Part shown: piece after piece, positions 51,350-61,499 of the stretch
How positions within the stretch are numbered: the first letter of the stretch is position 1
Layout: every line of letters begins with the position of its first letter
Origin: an uncultured Fibrobacterota bacterium
Lineage (GTDB): Bacteria; Fibrobacterota; Chitinivibrionia; Chitinivibrionales; FEN-1185
Length of the DNA: 64,000 bases
Direction: 5' to 3'
Assembly (NCBI GenBank): GCA_963753345.1
Contig: CAVWBU010000047.1
Coordinates: 166,002-230,001 of the forward strand
Translations under genes and position numbers: made by a program
The notes under the pieces: generated by a model
What the model saw: only the letters and a program-made list of their open reading frames with translations
Database searches by the model: none
What the model was told of the DNA's origin: nothing

Positions 51350-51396
51350 GGGGGAAGAAATAGCGAAATGTTGTTGTGCCGGAAAAAACAAAACCT

Positions 51397-52140
51397 ATGG
51401 CAAACCCTGTAAAACTTCGCGGTAACGTCGCTTCGTTGACAAGACATGACAAAGACGTTTTTGCGGTGTCCATTATGCCTGAGCGGTGCATACCGCGATT
51501 TAAGGCCGGACAGTTTCTTCATCTTGCGCTTGATGATTATGACCCCCAGGGTGGGTTCTGGCCCGAGTCCCGCGTGTTTTCGATAGCTTCGGCTCCGACA
51601 AGCGAACAGATTGAAATCGTTTACAGTGTTAAGGGCCGCTACACCGCCCGTATGCGGGGTGAACTCGCAATAAGCAAACAGGTCTGGCTCAAATTGCCCT
51701 ATGGCGAGTTTTCAATCGACAGTGCAGCAGCCGCAGGTCAGGACATCGTGCTCGTGGCCGGCGGGACCGGTCTTTCGCCTTTTCTCTGCTACCTCCGCAC
51801 CTTGCTAGACGGCAGCCCCAACACACGACGAATTCATCTGCTTTATGGCATTCGCAGCGCCGCGCATCTGCTTTGTCCCAAGGTGCTTTCTGCGTGCTGT
51901 TCTACGATAAAAGGTTTCGGCATGGATCTGTATGTCGAAAATAACGCAGACAGCGTATTATCAGGCATGAGACAGCAAGATGGGATGATTCAACTTAATC
52001 GGATCCTTGAAATAGGAAAAACCATGGCAGACCCCGCCTATTTTCTCTCTGGTCCTCCTATGATGATACAGACGTTCAAGAATGGGCTTGCTGCCGCCGG
52101 GATTAACGGCAAAAACATAAAGATTGACGAATGGGAATAG
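51397..52140 (+). CDS. FAD/NAD(P)-binding oxidoreductase (FNR-type; candidate E3/DdhD-like partner lacking the ferredoxin domain)
   Basis: FKAGQF, RVFSIAS, PYGEF, VAGGTGLSPF, SGPPMMI. Confidence 0.82.
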   Translation: MANPVKLRGNVASLTRHDKDVFAVSIMPERCIPRFKAGQFLHLALDDYDPQGGFWPESRVFSIASAPTSEQIEIVYSVKGRYTARMRGELAISKQVWLKLPYGEFSIDSAAAAGQDIVLVAGGTGLSPFLCYLRTLLDGSPNTRRIHLLYGIRSAAHLLCPKVLSACCSTIKGFGMDLYVENNADSVLSGMRQQDGMIQLNRILEIGKTMADPAYFLSGPPMMIQTFKNGLAAAGINGKNIKIDEWE

Positions 52141-52156
52141 AAGAGGAGCGGCAGTG

Positions 52157-53473
52157 ATGCCAAGATCGCCCACCGAACTTCGTAATGAGATTGTGGCTTT
52201 AGTTGAAGAATACCACAAGGTAAAATTTAGCAGGAAAGCGTTTGTGCCCGGCGAAACGCCGGTACGGTATGCGGGCCGGGTCTTTGATGAACGAGAGATG
52301 ATCTCTCTCGTCGATTCCGCGCTCGATTTCTGGCTTACTGCCGGGCGATTTGCCGAAGAGTTTGAATCAGAACTTGCCGCCTTTCTGGACCTTGAATTTG
52401 CCATGCTTGTCAACTCCGGTTCTTCCGCGAACCTTCTCGCCCTTACGGCGCTCACCTCTCCGCTGCTCGGTGATAAACGGCTTAAACCCGGTGACGAAGT
52501 GATTGCGGTTGCCGCCGGATTTCCAACAACTGTAAACCCGATTATCCAGAACAACATGGTGCCGGTGTTCGTTGATGTGAATCTTGGAACTTACAATGCC
52601 AGCCCAAACGACATCTGCAAAGCCGTCGGCCCGAAAACCCGGGCAATATTTCTTGCGCACACTCTTGGAAATCCGTATGATCTTGACGCTGTTATGGAGA
52701 TTGTTCGCGAAAAGAATCTCTTTCTAATAGAAGACTGCTGCGATGCGCTGGGCTCAACCTATAAAGGCAGGAAAGTCGGTACATTCGGAAATATCGCTAG
52801 TTTTTCTTTTTATCCCGCCCATCATATCACTCTCGGTGAAGGCGGCGCAATAGCGACCAACGATGAACATCTTGCCCGTGCCGTCAAGTCGCTTCGTGAT
52901 TGGGGCCGCGATTGTTATTGCAGCAGCGGAGAAAACAACACCTGCGGCAAGCGGTTTACCGGACAGTACGGCACACTGCCGACCGGGTACGACCACAAAT
53001 ATGTTTATTCCCATATCGGTTATAACCTAAAAGTGACGGATATGCAAGCCGCGATTGGCGTGGAACAACTCAAGAAGCTTCCTGAATTCTGTAAGAAGCG
53101 AAGGGAAAGTTTCGAGCGGTGGACTAATGGCTTCGGCAAATGGGAAGACAAATTTATTCTCCCAAAGGCGACGAACGGCGCCGACCCGGCCTGGTTCGCC
53201 TTTCCGCTCACTGTTCGTGATACAGCAGGCTTTTCCCGCACAGAATTGACAAACCATCTCGACAGCAATAAAATTGAAAGCCGGAATATTTTTGCCGGCA
53301 ACATGTTGCGGCAGCCGGCATATTGCGACATCAAATATCGCGTTCAGGGAGAGCTGAAAAACACAGACACAATTATGGAGAATTCCTTCTTTCTCGGAAC
53401 CTTTCCGGGCATCACTCAGCAACAGATTGACTTTACCATCGATGTTATTGATAAATTTTTGAGATCAAAGTGA
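52157..53473 (+). CDS. rfbH: CDP-4-keto-6-deoxyglucose 3-dehydratase (E1), copy 2
   Basis: LVNSGSSANL, EDCCDALG, YPAHHITLGEGG, RDCYC...NTCG, YDHKY. Confidence 0.95.
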   Translation: MPRSPTELRNEIVALVEEYHKVKFSRKAFVPGETPVRYAGRVFDEREMISLVDSALDFWLTAGRFAEEFESELAAFLDLEFAMLVNSGSSANLLALTALTSPLLGDKRLKPGDEVIAVAAGFPTTVNPIIQNNMVPVFVDVNLGTYNASPNDICKAVGPKTRAIFLAHTLGNPYDLDAVMEIVREKNLFLIEDCCDALGSTYKGRKVGTFGNIASFSFYPAHHITLGEGGAIATNDEHLARAVKSLRDWGRDCYCSSGENNTCGKRFTGQYGTLPTGYDHKYVYSHIGYNLKVTDMQAAIGVEQLKKLPEFCKKRRESFERWTNGFGKWEDKFILPKATNGADPAWFAFPLTVRDTAGFSRTELTNHLDSNKIESRNIFAGNMLRQPAYCDIKYRVQGELKNTDTIMENSFFLGTFPGITQQQIDFTIDVIDKFLRSK

Positions 53474-53489
53474 TTTTAGGAGAGAAATT

Positions 53490-54266
53490 ATGAAAGTAGT
53501 AATCCTTGCCGGTGGTTTTGGAACAAGGATAAGTGAAGAGTCGGCAATCAAGCCCAAACCCATGATTGAGATCGGGCACAAGCCGATCTTGTGGCATATC
53601 ATGAAGATTTATTCCCATTATGGATTCAATGAGTTTATCATCTGTCTTGGGTACAAAGGGTACATGATAAAAGAATATTTTGCGCACTATTTTCTACATG
53701 AATCTGACGTGACATTTGATTTTAACAATAAGAACCAGCAGATAACACATAATGAATATGCAGAACCATGGAAAGTTACTCTGGTTGATACGGGTGAAAA
53801 GACAATGACGGGTGGACGACTCAAAAGAATCCAGGGCTATTTAGAAAACCAACCATTTATGTTGACCTATGGTGATGGAATAAGCGATGTGAATTTAAGC
53901 TCTTTAGTAAAATTTCATCAATCAAGAAGAATGATTGCCACGGTTACTGCCGTGCAGCCGTCCGGCAGGTTTGGGGCGCTTAATTTAACATCCGACGATC
54001 TAATCGCAGGATTTGAAGAGAAGCCCAAAGGGGACGGCGCCTGGATCAATGGCGGATTCATGGTAGCTGAACCGGAGATATTCGATTACCTTACCGACGA
54101 CGCTACAGTCCTGGAAAAAGAGCCCTTGACTCAATTGGCCGAAGAGGGCAAGCTCGTTGCGTATAAACACAGCGGATTCTGGTATGCGATGGATACGCTT
54201 CGCGATAAATTGTTTCTTGAAAATCTTTGGAATACGGGGAATGCTCCTTGGAAGATTTGGGGTTAG
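53490..54266 (+). CDS. rfbF: Glucose-1-phosphate cytidylyltransferase (copy 2)
   Basis: MKVVILAGGFGTRISEES..KPKPMIEIG, LTYGDG, GFWYAMDTLRD. Confidence 0.96.
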   Translation: MKVVILAGGFGTRISEESAIKPKPMIEIGHKPILWHIMKIYSHYGFNEFIICLGYKGYMIKEYFAHYFLHESDVTFDFNNKNQQITHNEYAEPWKVTLVDTGEKTMTGGRLKRIQGYLENQPFMLTYGDGISDVNLSSLVKFHQSRRMIATVTAVQPSGRFGALNLTSDDLIAGFEEKPKGDGAWINGGFMVAEPEIFDYLTDDATVLEKEPLTQLAEEGKLVAYKHSGFWYAMDTLRDKLFLENLWNTGNAPWKIWG

Positions 54267-54268
54267 GC

Positions 54269-54531
54269 ATGGCTACAACTGATCCTTCTTTTTGGAAGAA
54301 CAAGAGGGAGTTTATTGTCGGCGATGCCGGCTTTTAGAGCCCATGGCTTTGCCTCGGGCTCCATAAAATGGGGGCAGCGACAGTTGAAACCGCTAATGGA
54401 TGTAAGCCGGGTTGAAATGGCGGAGATTGGTAGAATAGGAAAAACCATAATTGCGTATACCAGGCATTTTAAGAAATTACCTTACTCAGTGGACTTGTGC
54501 GAACCTCCTTTGCAAACAATTTGATGAGTAA
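54269..54531 (+). pseudogene. rfbG: Decayed, internally deleted rfbG relic
   Basis: MATTDPSFWKNKREFIVGDAGF*SPWLCLGLHKMGA aligns to RfbG SFWNKKRVFATGHTGFKGSWLCMWLHRLGA; AAACAATTTGATGAG (KQFDE) resembles the RfbG C-terminal KQIDE. Confidence 0.8.
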
Positions 54532-54594
54532 TTGAGAACAGAAACCAATGATTCCAGACAGTATTGGCTATGTGTTAAAATGGAGTGGCTTGTT

Positions 54595-56376
54595 ATGAAA
54601 CAAAGAGTTGCGGATTACATTTGTGAGCAATTATATCTGGCCGGTGGCGAGCACGTTTTTCTTATTACGGGCGGTATGATCATGTATCTTACGGACGCCC
54701 TATTGCTGAATGGGAAACAGAGATATACATGCTGCCATCATGAACAAGCCGCGGTTATGGCTGCAGATGCCTACGGACGATACACCGGAAAGCTTGGAGT
54801 TGCGTTTGTTACTGCAGGGCCGGGGGCATTAAATACTCTTACGGGCGTGGTTGGAGCCTATGTTGACTCTTCTCCCTGTATCATCGTTGCCGGGCAATCA
54901 AAAGCTTCCCAAGCAAGAGTGACCGGGCCAAGACAATTTGGATTGCAAGGTTTTAATACTAAGCCGATATTCGAACACGTAACAAAGTATGCTGTTATGT
55001 TGGATGATGTGAAGCGCGTCCGCTATGAAGTTGAAAAAAGCATTTATCTTGCCAAAGAACACCGCGTCGGGCCGGTATGGATAGAATGTCCGTTGGATAT
55101 TCAAGGCGCCTTGTTTGATCCGCAGGTATATGAAGGTTTTATTCCGCCGCAAAGAAAACCCTTTGAAATCATTGACAATAACATAATCAAGCAAGCCAAA
55201 TCTCTACTTGTTAATAGCAAGCGGCCCTGTGTTCTGGCAGGGGCGGGCGTACGCTTGTCCGGCGCTGTTTCCACGCTTCACGACTTTTTGCATAAGACAA
55301 ACATCCCTATAATCACTTCGCGGCTTGGCATGGATCTGATCGGATACGACCATCCGCTTTTTGTTGGAAGGCCGGGTTCCTATGGCGACAGGCCGGCCAA
55401 TTTTACTGTCAATAACTGCGACCTTCTTTTGATAATAGGATGCAGAATGGGAATAGGGTTGGTCGGCCACGACTTTCAGAATTTCGCGCCTCGAGCAAAA
55501 AAGATCATGGTAGACGTTGACGAAAAGGAGCTATCAAAGCCTTCGGTTGTCCCCGACCTCCCTGTTTTAGCCGATGCAGACGTTTTTTTAAAGGCCCTTA
55601 CGCGCTCGCTCGGCGATTATCGATGCGCAAATACTGCGTGGATTACCCAGACGCAGCAATGGAAAGAGAAATATCCGGTTGATTTGCCGGAATATCTGCA
55701 GGAAAAAGAAGGCATTAACTCATATCATTTTGTACGGGTCTTTTCGGAAGAAATGGATAGTGATGCTGTGTTCGTTCTTGATACTGGCTCGTGCTTCCAT
55801 GTATACGCTCAGGCATTCAACGTAAAGTTCGGACAACGACATATTATTACGGGCGGACTTTCGACTATGGGCTATGTCCCTGCGGTTATCGGCGCAGCTA
55901 GAGCATGCGGAAAAGAAGTCTACTGTATTTCCGGAGATGGTTCTCTTCAGATGAACATTCAGGAATTGCAAACGATCGTGGGGAACAAATTGCCTATCAA
56001 GCTGATTATTTTAAACAACAACGGATATCTGCTTATACGGCACACACAGACTAATTTTTTGGACGGCAGGCTTATCGGCGAAAGCCCTCAAACAGGGGTA
56101 ACATTTCCGGATCTGCAAAAAATTTCGCAAGCGTATGGAATAGCATACATGAAGATATGCGGCAACGATGGACTTCACAGTAAAATAGCGATGCTTAAGA
56201 AAAGCGAGGGCCCTGTAGTATGTGAGGTTATAACACCGCCGTGGCAATTGCTTATCCCGCGTGTCGCTTCGAAAAAGCTTGAAGATGGAACGATGGTATC
56301 AATGCCCTACGACGACATGTTTCCCTTCTTACCCCGAGAAGAATATCGCAACAATTGCGTGTTCGACAAAATTTGA
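54595..56376 (+). CDS. ThDP-dependent carboligase (YerE/ErwE-like), copy 2
   Basis: VADY, HHEQAA, TAGPGALN, GPVWIECPLDIQ, GDGSLQMNIQEL, NNNGY, DDMFPFL. Confidence 0.9.
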   Translation: MKQRVADYICEQLYLAGGEHVFLITGGMIMYLTDALLLNGKQRYTCCHHEQAAVMAADAYGRYTGKLGVAFVTAGPGALNTLTGVVGAYVDSSPCIIVAGQSKASQARVTGPRQFGLQGFNTKPIFEHVTKYAVMLDDVKRVRYEVEKSIYLAKEHRVGPVWIECPLDIQGALFDPQVYEGFIPPQRKPFEIIDNNIIKQAKSLLVNSKRPCVLAGAGVRLSGAVSTLHDFLHKTNIPIITSRLGMDLIGYDHPLFVGRPGSYGDRPANFTVNNCDLLLIIGCRMGIGLVGHDFQNFAPRAKKIMVDVDEKELSKPSVVPDLPVLADADVFLKALTRSLGDYRCANTAWITQTQQWKEKYPVDLPEYLQEKEGINSYHFVRVFSEEMDSDAVFVLDTGSCFHVYAQAFNVKFGQRHIITGGLSTMGYVPAVIGAARACGKEVYCISGDGSLQMNIQELQTIVGNKLPIKLIILNNNGYLLIRHTQTNFLDGRLIGESPQTGVTFPDLQKISQAYGIAYMKICGNDGLHSKIAMLKKSEGPVVCEVITPPWQLLIPRVASKKLEDGTMVSMPYDDMFPFLPREEYRNNCVFDKI

Positions 56377-56408
56377 GCCATAGTTGTTCAGCATAAAACA
56401 CTATCTTA

Positions 56409-57299
56409 ATGGCTGATAAGAAATTAAAAATCGCTATATTGGGCAGCGGGAATATTGGAACCGATCTTTTGATTAAAGTTCTCAGGTCTCCTTATTTGGA
56501 ATGCGGTCTCTTTGTCGGAAGACGACTCGGCTCTCCCGGCATGACAAAGGCAGTGAGTTTGGGCGTTCCAATTTCTGATCAAGGAGTCGATGCAATAAAG
56601 AACAATCCAGCCTGTTGCAGTCTGGTATTTGACGCGACTTCGGCCCTTGATCATAAAGTACATGCTCCAATTCTTAAGGATGCGGGTAAAACCGTCGTTG
56701 ATATGACACCCTCACAAATAGGCGATATGTGCTTGCCAGCAATAAATCTTAAAGAATGCCTGAATTCCTGGAATGTGAACATGGTTACCTGCGGCGGCCA
56801 GGCTTCCATTCCTATTGCTTATGCGATGGCCGAAGCATTGTCGGAAATAGAATATATAGAAGTTGTGTCGAGCATAGCATCGCGAAGCGCCGGGCCGGCA
56901 ACCCGTATCAATCTTGATGAATACATTGAAACGACAGAAAACGGCATTCAAAAATTTTCCGGGTGCAAAAAAGCAAAGGCCATTCTTATTCTCAACCCTG
57001 CCCAGCCATGCATCGACATGCAAACCACGATATTCGTCAGATTAGAGCATGAAAGGGTGCCTATCGACGAGGTGCACAAGAAGGTGCTTGCTATCGTAAA
57101 AAAAATACAACGGTATGTACCGGGTTATCAATTGTTAGTGCATCCGGTTGTTGAGAACAAACGGCTCATAACCATGGTCAAAGTGCAGGGACTGGGAGAT
57201 TACCTGCCGCGATATGCCGGCAACCTCGACATCATAAATTGCGCCGCGATCGCAATCGCGGAGGCGCATGCCAAAAAACAAGCAGGTATATATGGATAA
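56409..57299 (+). CDS. dmpF: Acetaldehyde dehydrogenase (acylating)
   Basis: IAILGSGNIGTDL, FDATSA, NVNMVTCGGQA, SAGPATR.N.DEY, GDYLP.YAGNLDI. Confidence 0.94.
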   Translation: MADKKLKIAILGSGNIGTDLLIKVLRSPYLECGLFVGRRLGSPGMTKAVSLGVPISDQGVDAIKNNPACCSLVFDATSALDHKVHAPILKDAGKTVVDMTPSQIGDMCLPAINLKECLNSWNVNMVTCGGQASIPIAYAMAEALSEIEYIEVVSSIASRSAGPATRINLDEYIETTENGIQKFSGCKKAKAILILNPAQPCIDMQTTIFVRLEHERVPIDEVHKKVLAIVKKIQRYVPGYQLLVHPVVENKRLITMVKVQGLGDYLPRYAGNLDIINCAAIAIAEAHAKKQAGIYG

Positions 57300-58320
57300 C
57301 AACAGAAAAAAAATAATGATCAGTGATCCGACTTTGCGCGATGGATCACATGCTGTGCAGCACAAAATTGCTGCCGCGCAAATCGCTTTATATGCAGCTG
57401 CTGCAGATAAAGCAGGCATACCGATAGTCGAGGTCGGTCATGGGAACGGAATAGGAGCTTCGTCATTGCAGGTGGGAGAAAGTCTGCTTTCCGACAAGGA
57501 AATGCTCGAGATTGCCCGCAAGAATTTGACAAAGAGCAAACTTGGCATTCATGTTATTCCAGGCTTTGCCACTATTAATCGCGATCTCAGTCTGGCTATA
57601 GATCTTGGCGTCGATGTCATTCGCGTTGCATCGCATTGTACTGAAGCGGATACAACGGAACGACATATCAGCTATGTCCGTGAACGCGGTAAAGAAGCAT
57701 ATGGGGTGCTGATGATGAGCCACATGGCATCAAAGGAGGTTCTTCTCGAAGAATGTCGAAAAATGGAGTCCTATGGTGCCGAAGCGGTCATTATCATGGA
57801 TTCTGCAGGTGCGTATTTGCCCGGGGATGTAGAAGAGAGAATCAGTACTTTGACTGAGACTCTTTCCATTCCGGTTGGATTTCATGGTCATAATAACCTT
57901 GGTCTTTCCGTCGCCAATTCGATTGTTGCCGCTGATTCCGGCGCGCTCATACTTGATGGTACGGCACGGGGATTTGGGGCCGGCGCCGGCAACACTCCGA
58001 TAGAGGTACTGGTGGCCGTTCTTGAAAAAGTGGGTTACAACACAGAAATTGAACTTTATGGAATTCTTGATGCGGCCGAAATCGCCGAGAAAGAACTCAT
58101 TCGGGAAATACCGACCATAAAATCAACAAGTATCATCAGCGGGCTTGCAGGAGTGTTTTCCGGATTTGCACCGCATGTCAACCGAGTTGCGATAGAGTAC
58201 GCAGTCAATCCGCGGGATATTTTTTTTGAACTGGGTCGCCGCAGGGTCGTTGCCGGTCAGGAAGATATTATCATAGAAGTCGCGATGCAGCTCAAATCCG
58301 ACACAACGGGTAAAAAATGA
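57292..58320 (+). CDS. dmpG: 4-hydroxy-2-oxovalerate aldolase
   Basis: DPTLRDGSHA, EVGHGNG, HCTEAD, MDSAG, GFHGHNNL, GAGAGN, VAGQED. Confidence 0.94.
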   Translation: MDNNRKKIMISDPTLRDGSHAVQHKIAAAQIALYAAAADKAGIPIVEVGHGNGIGASSLQVGESLLSDKEMLEIARKNLTKSKLGIHVIPGFATINRDLSLAIDLGVDVIRVASHCTEADTTERHISYVRERGKEAYGVLMMSHMASKEVLLEECRKMESYGAEAVIIMDSAGAYLPGDVEERISTLTETLSIPVGFHGHNNLGLSVANSIVAADSGALILDGTARGFGAGAGNTPIEVLVAVLEKVGYNTEIELYGILDAAEIAEKELIREIPTIKSTSIISGLAGVFSGFAPHVNRVAIEYAVNPRDIFFELGRRRVVAGQEDIIIEVAMQLKSDTTGKK

Positions 58321-59378
58321 GAAGCGAACAACAAGAAATAATTCAAAAAGACTGCCATGAAGTTATTGAACATTCCTCTGTTGAAATGCTCTCGCGCCTC
58401 AAAAACGAGTGCATTCTTGTTACCGGAGGTACCGGCTTCTTCGGCACCTGGCTGACGGAACTCATTGCCTTCCTCAATGACAACTATCATTTCGATATTA
58501 AATTAATGCTCCTGTCGGAGCGCGCTTATAATTTCAGCGAAAAAGCTCCGCATCTCGCAATGAGAAAAGATGTAACCTTGCTTCCCCGCGACATAACCAG
58601 CCTCTTTGAAGTACCGTCGGAAGTGAGCATGATCATACATGCGGCCGGGAGTCCTGATAACCGGCTACATGCTACGGATCCATTGCGGGTGGCACGGGTA
58701 ATCGTTAACGGCGTTTCCGCCGTACTTGACGCCGCTCTCAGATTGCCGAACCTCAAAAAGATTATTAACGTCAGCTCTGGCCTGATCTATGGACCGCAGC
58801 CACTCACCATTCAGAGGATTTCAGAAAGTTTTATTGGCGGCCCTGATTGCAATACGGGAATATCGGTTTATGCAGAAGCCAAGCGATATGCCGAAACCCT
58901 CTGCAGCATTTTCCGGACGCAATATAAACTGGAAATTGTCACAATCCGTCCGTTTGCTTTTATCGGTCCGTATCAACTATTAGATCGGCCATGGGCCATA
59001 AACAATTTTATCCGCGACAGCCTCAACGGCGATACCATCCGGATTCTCGGGGATGGTCAGACGGTGCGAAGTTACATGTACCCGAGTGATATGGCCTTCT
59101 GGGTATTAAGGATATTGGACAGCGGCATTTCCGGACACGCGTATAATATTGGCAGTCCGGAGGGGATCACCTTGCTTGAAACTGCGGAAAAGATAGCATC
59201 GCTGTTTCCCGTAAAACCCGCTATCCGATCGAACATCTCGCTGCAAACATCATCTCATCGATCCGTTTTTGTTCCGGATGTAAGCCGGGCCGAAGAGGAG
59301 CTGGGGTTGAGCATCACTGTTGGCATTAGTGATGCTGTTGAACGGACATTAAGATGGTATAGGGCACTACATGTCTAG
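58317..59378 (+). CDS. NAD-dependent epimerase/reductase (extended SDR)
   Basis: TGGTGFFG, SSG.IYG, YAEAK, RPFAFIGP, GDGQTVRSY. Confidence 0.9.
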   Translation: MRSEQQEIIQKDCHEVIEHSSVEMLSRLKNECILVTGGTGFFGTWLTELIAFLNDNYHFDIKLMLLSERAYNFSEKAPHLAMRKDVTLLPRDITSLFEVPSEVSMIIHAAGSPDNRLHATDPLRVARVIVNGVSAVLDAALRLPNLKKIINVSSGLIYGPQPLTIQRISESFIGGPDCNTGISVYAEAKRYAETLCSIFRTQYKLEIVTIRPFAFIGPYQLLDRPWAINNFIRDSLNGDTIRILGDGQTVRSYMYPSDMAFWVLRILDSGISGHAYNIGSPEGITLLETAEKIASLFPVKPAIRSNISLQTSSHRSVFVPDVSRAEEELGLSITVGISDAVERTLRWYRALHV

Positions 59379-59434
59379 GATAAACAGTTCTAAGTCATGA
59401 CACGCTTTTCATTTGACTAGTCGGATTGAATGTA

Positions 59435-60482
59435 ATGATAAGTCAAATAATACAAGAGGATTTGGATTTTATTTGTGCTGCCAATTTGCCGTGGAGTCAA
59501 CTAAACAATAGGACAGTTCTGATTTCCGGGGCAAACGGCTTTCTTCCGGCCTATATGGTTGAAACCTTGCTGAATCTAAACCGCACCAACGACATGAATA
59601 TTGAGGTAATCGGTCTGGTTCGCGATCGACAAAAAGCTCAAAAGAGATTTTCCGAATACCAAAACGACAAGCATCTCCATTTTCTTGTGCAGGACGTATG
59701 TGCACCAGTGCAGTATGATGAAAAAATTGATATTATAGTACATGCCGCTGAGCCAAGCTAGTCCAAAATATTTTGGTAGTGATCCAGTCGGGACTTTAAA
59801 AGCCAATGTCTTGGGGACCTACAACCTCCTTGAACTTGCTCGCATCAAGCACATCAATACGTTTCTTTATTTTAGCAGCGGAGAAGTATACGGGCAGGTT
59901 CCTGAAGATAGAATTCCTACACCAGAGGACTTTTTCGGCTTTATTGACCCGACGAACGTGCGAAGCTGCTACGCGGAAAGTAAGCGAATTGCCGAGACCA
60001 TGTGCGTTTCTTGGGCTTATCAATTCGGAGTTAACGCCAAAATTGTGAGGCCGTTTCATACCTATGGTCCAGGAATGGCGCTTGATGATGGACGTGTATT
60101 CGCGGATTTTGTCAGTGATATTGTCAATAAACGGAACATTATAATGAAAAGTGATGGCCTTGCCCGAAGGGCATTCTGCTATCTGGCAGATGCAACCATA
60201 GGCTTTTTTACAGTATTACTAAAAGGTGAAAACAATCAAGCGTATAACGTCGGTAATGATAAAGGTGAAACAAGTATTATCGATCTAGCTCATTTGCTGG
60301 TTTCTTTATTTCCCGAGCTGGGGTTACAGGTTATTCAAAGGCCAGGAGAAAAACAAACTGGGTATTTGCAGAGCAAGATTGTCAGGAATTGTCCTTCTAT
60401 AGAAAAAATTATGAAACTTGGATGGCAGCCTTATTTTAGTATTGCTGAAGGATTTCACAGAACAATAAGGAGTTTTTTATGA
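59435..60482 (+). CDS. NAD-dependent epimerase/dehydratase, frameshift at ~59750
   Basis: SGANGF, HAA/SQASPKY, SSGEVYG, CYAESKR, RPFHTYGPG. Confidence 0.88.
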
Positions 60483-61402
60483 AACTTGTAGAAATTGGAA
60501 AGGCGTTCAAGAATGGCAGTCTTTCCAAACGAGAATATATTGACAAAATGTATGAAAATCATTCCATATTGTTTGATTATATGGGGTTCATTAAACATAC
60601 TGACATCAAAAACATCGAGATAAACGACCGCGAAATCACAATGACGACCCGACGGAGCAGTATCAAAATGGTTGTTGTGCCTCTTGACAAAAGGATCATC
60701 CCGATTGAGATTATAAATTTCGGAGATTATGAGATTGAAATACTGAAAATGATGAGAAAACTCATTAAGTCGAATTTCACCGTTCTTGACATTGGAGGCA
60801 ATGCAGGCTGGTATGCAATAAATTTGTCAAAGTTAATTGAAAAGATAAGATTACATGTATTTGAACCGATCCCTAATACTTTTGAAATCTTAAAACGCAA
60901 TATCATTCTTAATCAAGTTCGATGTGCGGCCTTGCATAATTATGGGTTATCGAATGAAGACAAAGATGTTGATTTTTACTATTATCCGGAGGGATCCGGA
61001 AATGCGTCGATGGCAAATCTTTCAAATGTGAAAACGGCCACGAAAATCAAGTGCAAGGTTCGAACGTTGGATAATGTAGTAATGGCGTCAAAGATTAGAC
61101 CGGACTTTATGAAAGTTGATGTTGAGGGAGGCGAATTATTTGTTTTCCAAGGTGGTATTGAAACATTAAAACGATGCAAGCCGATTGTCGTTACGGAAAT
61201 GTTGAGAAAATGGGCTGCAAAATTTGATTATCATCCCAACCAGATAATCAATCTGTTTAGTAATCTTGGTTACAATTGCTACACGGTACGAAATGGCAGG
61301 TTGAAACGATTTTGCCTAATGGACGATAAATCAGCGGACACTAACTTCTTTTTCTTGCATGGGACAACGCATTTTAAGGAAATAAAACGGCTGGCTGCGT
61401 AG
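60479..61402 (+). CDS. FkbM family methyltransferase
   Basis: LDIGGNAGWY, FEPIP, TLD, MKVDVEGGE. Confidence 0.9.
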   Translation: MKLVEIGKAFKNGSLSKREYIDKMYENHSILFDYMGFIKHTDIKNIEINDREITMTTRRSSIKMVVVPLDKRIIPIEIINFGDYEIEILKMMRKLIKSNFTVLDIGGNAGWYAINLSKLIEKIRLHVFEPIPNTFEILKRNIILNQVRCAALHNYGLSNEDKDVDFYYYPEGSGNASMANLSNVKTATKIKCKVRTLDNVVMASKIRPDFMKVDVEGGELFVFQGGIETLKRCKPIVVTEMLRKWAAKFDYHPNQIINLFSNLGYNCYTVRNGRLKRFCLMDDKSADTNFFFLHGTTHFKEIKRLAA

Positions 61403-61499
61403 GGTCTATATCCGCATTCGGCTGTATTGTGTAAAGCGTTCATAGCAAGCAAATTGTCGGTAAATTGGTATTTTTCTAAAGAACAACAGGATTGCTTTT

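Noticed and set aside
44546-51396. Integron cassette array as the explanation for the NTase modules
   Set aside because: No integrase, no recurring attC-like RYYYAAC...GTTRRRY sites, and most genes overlap directly
56409-58320. Aromatic degradation (meta-cleavage) operon
   Set aside because: No dioxygenase, hydrolase or hydratase genes; the pair is embedded among nucleotide-sugar genes
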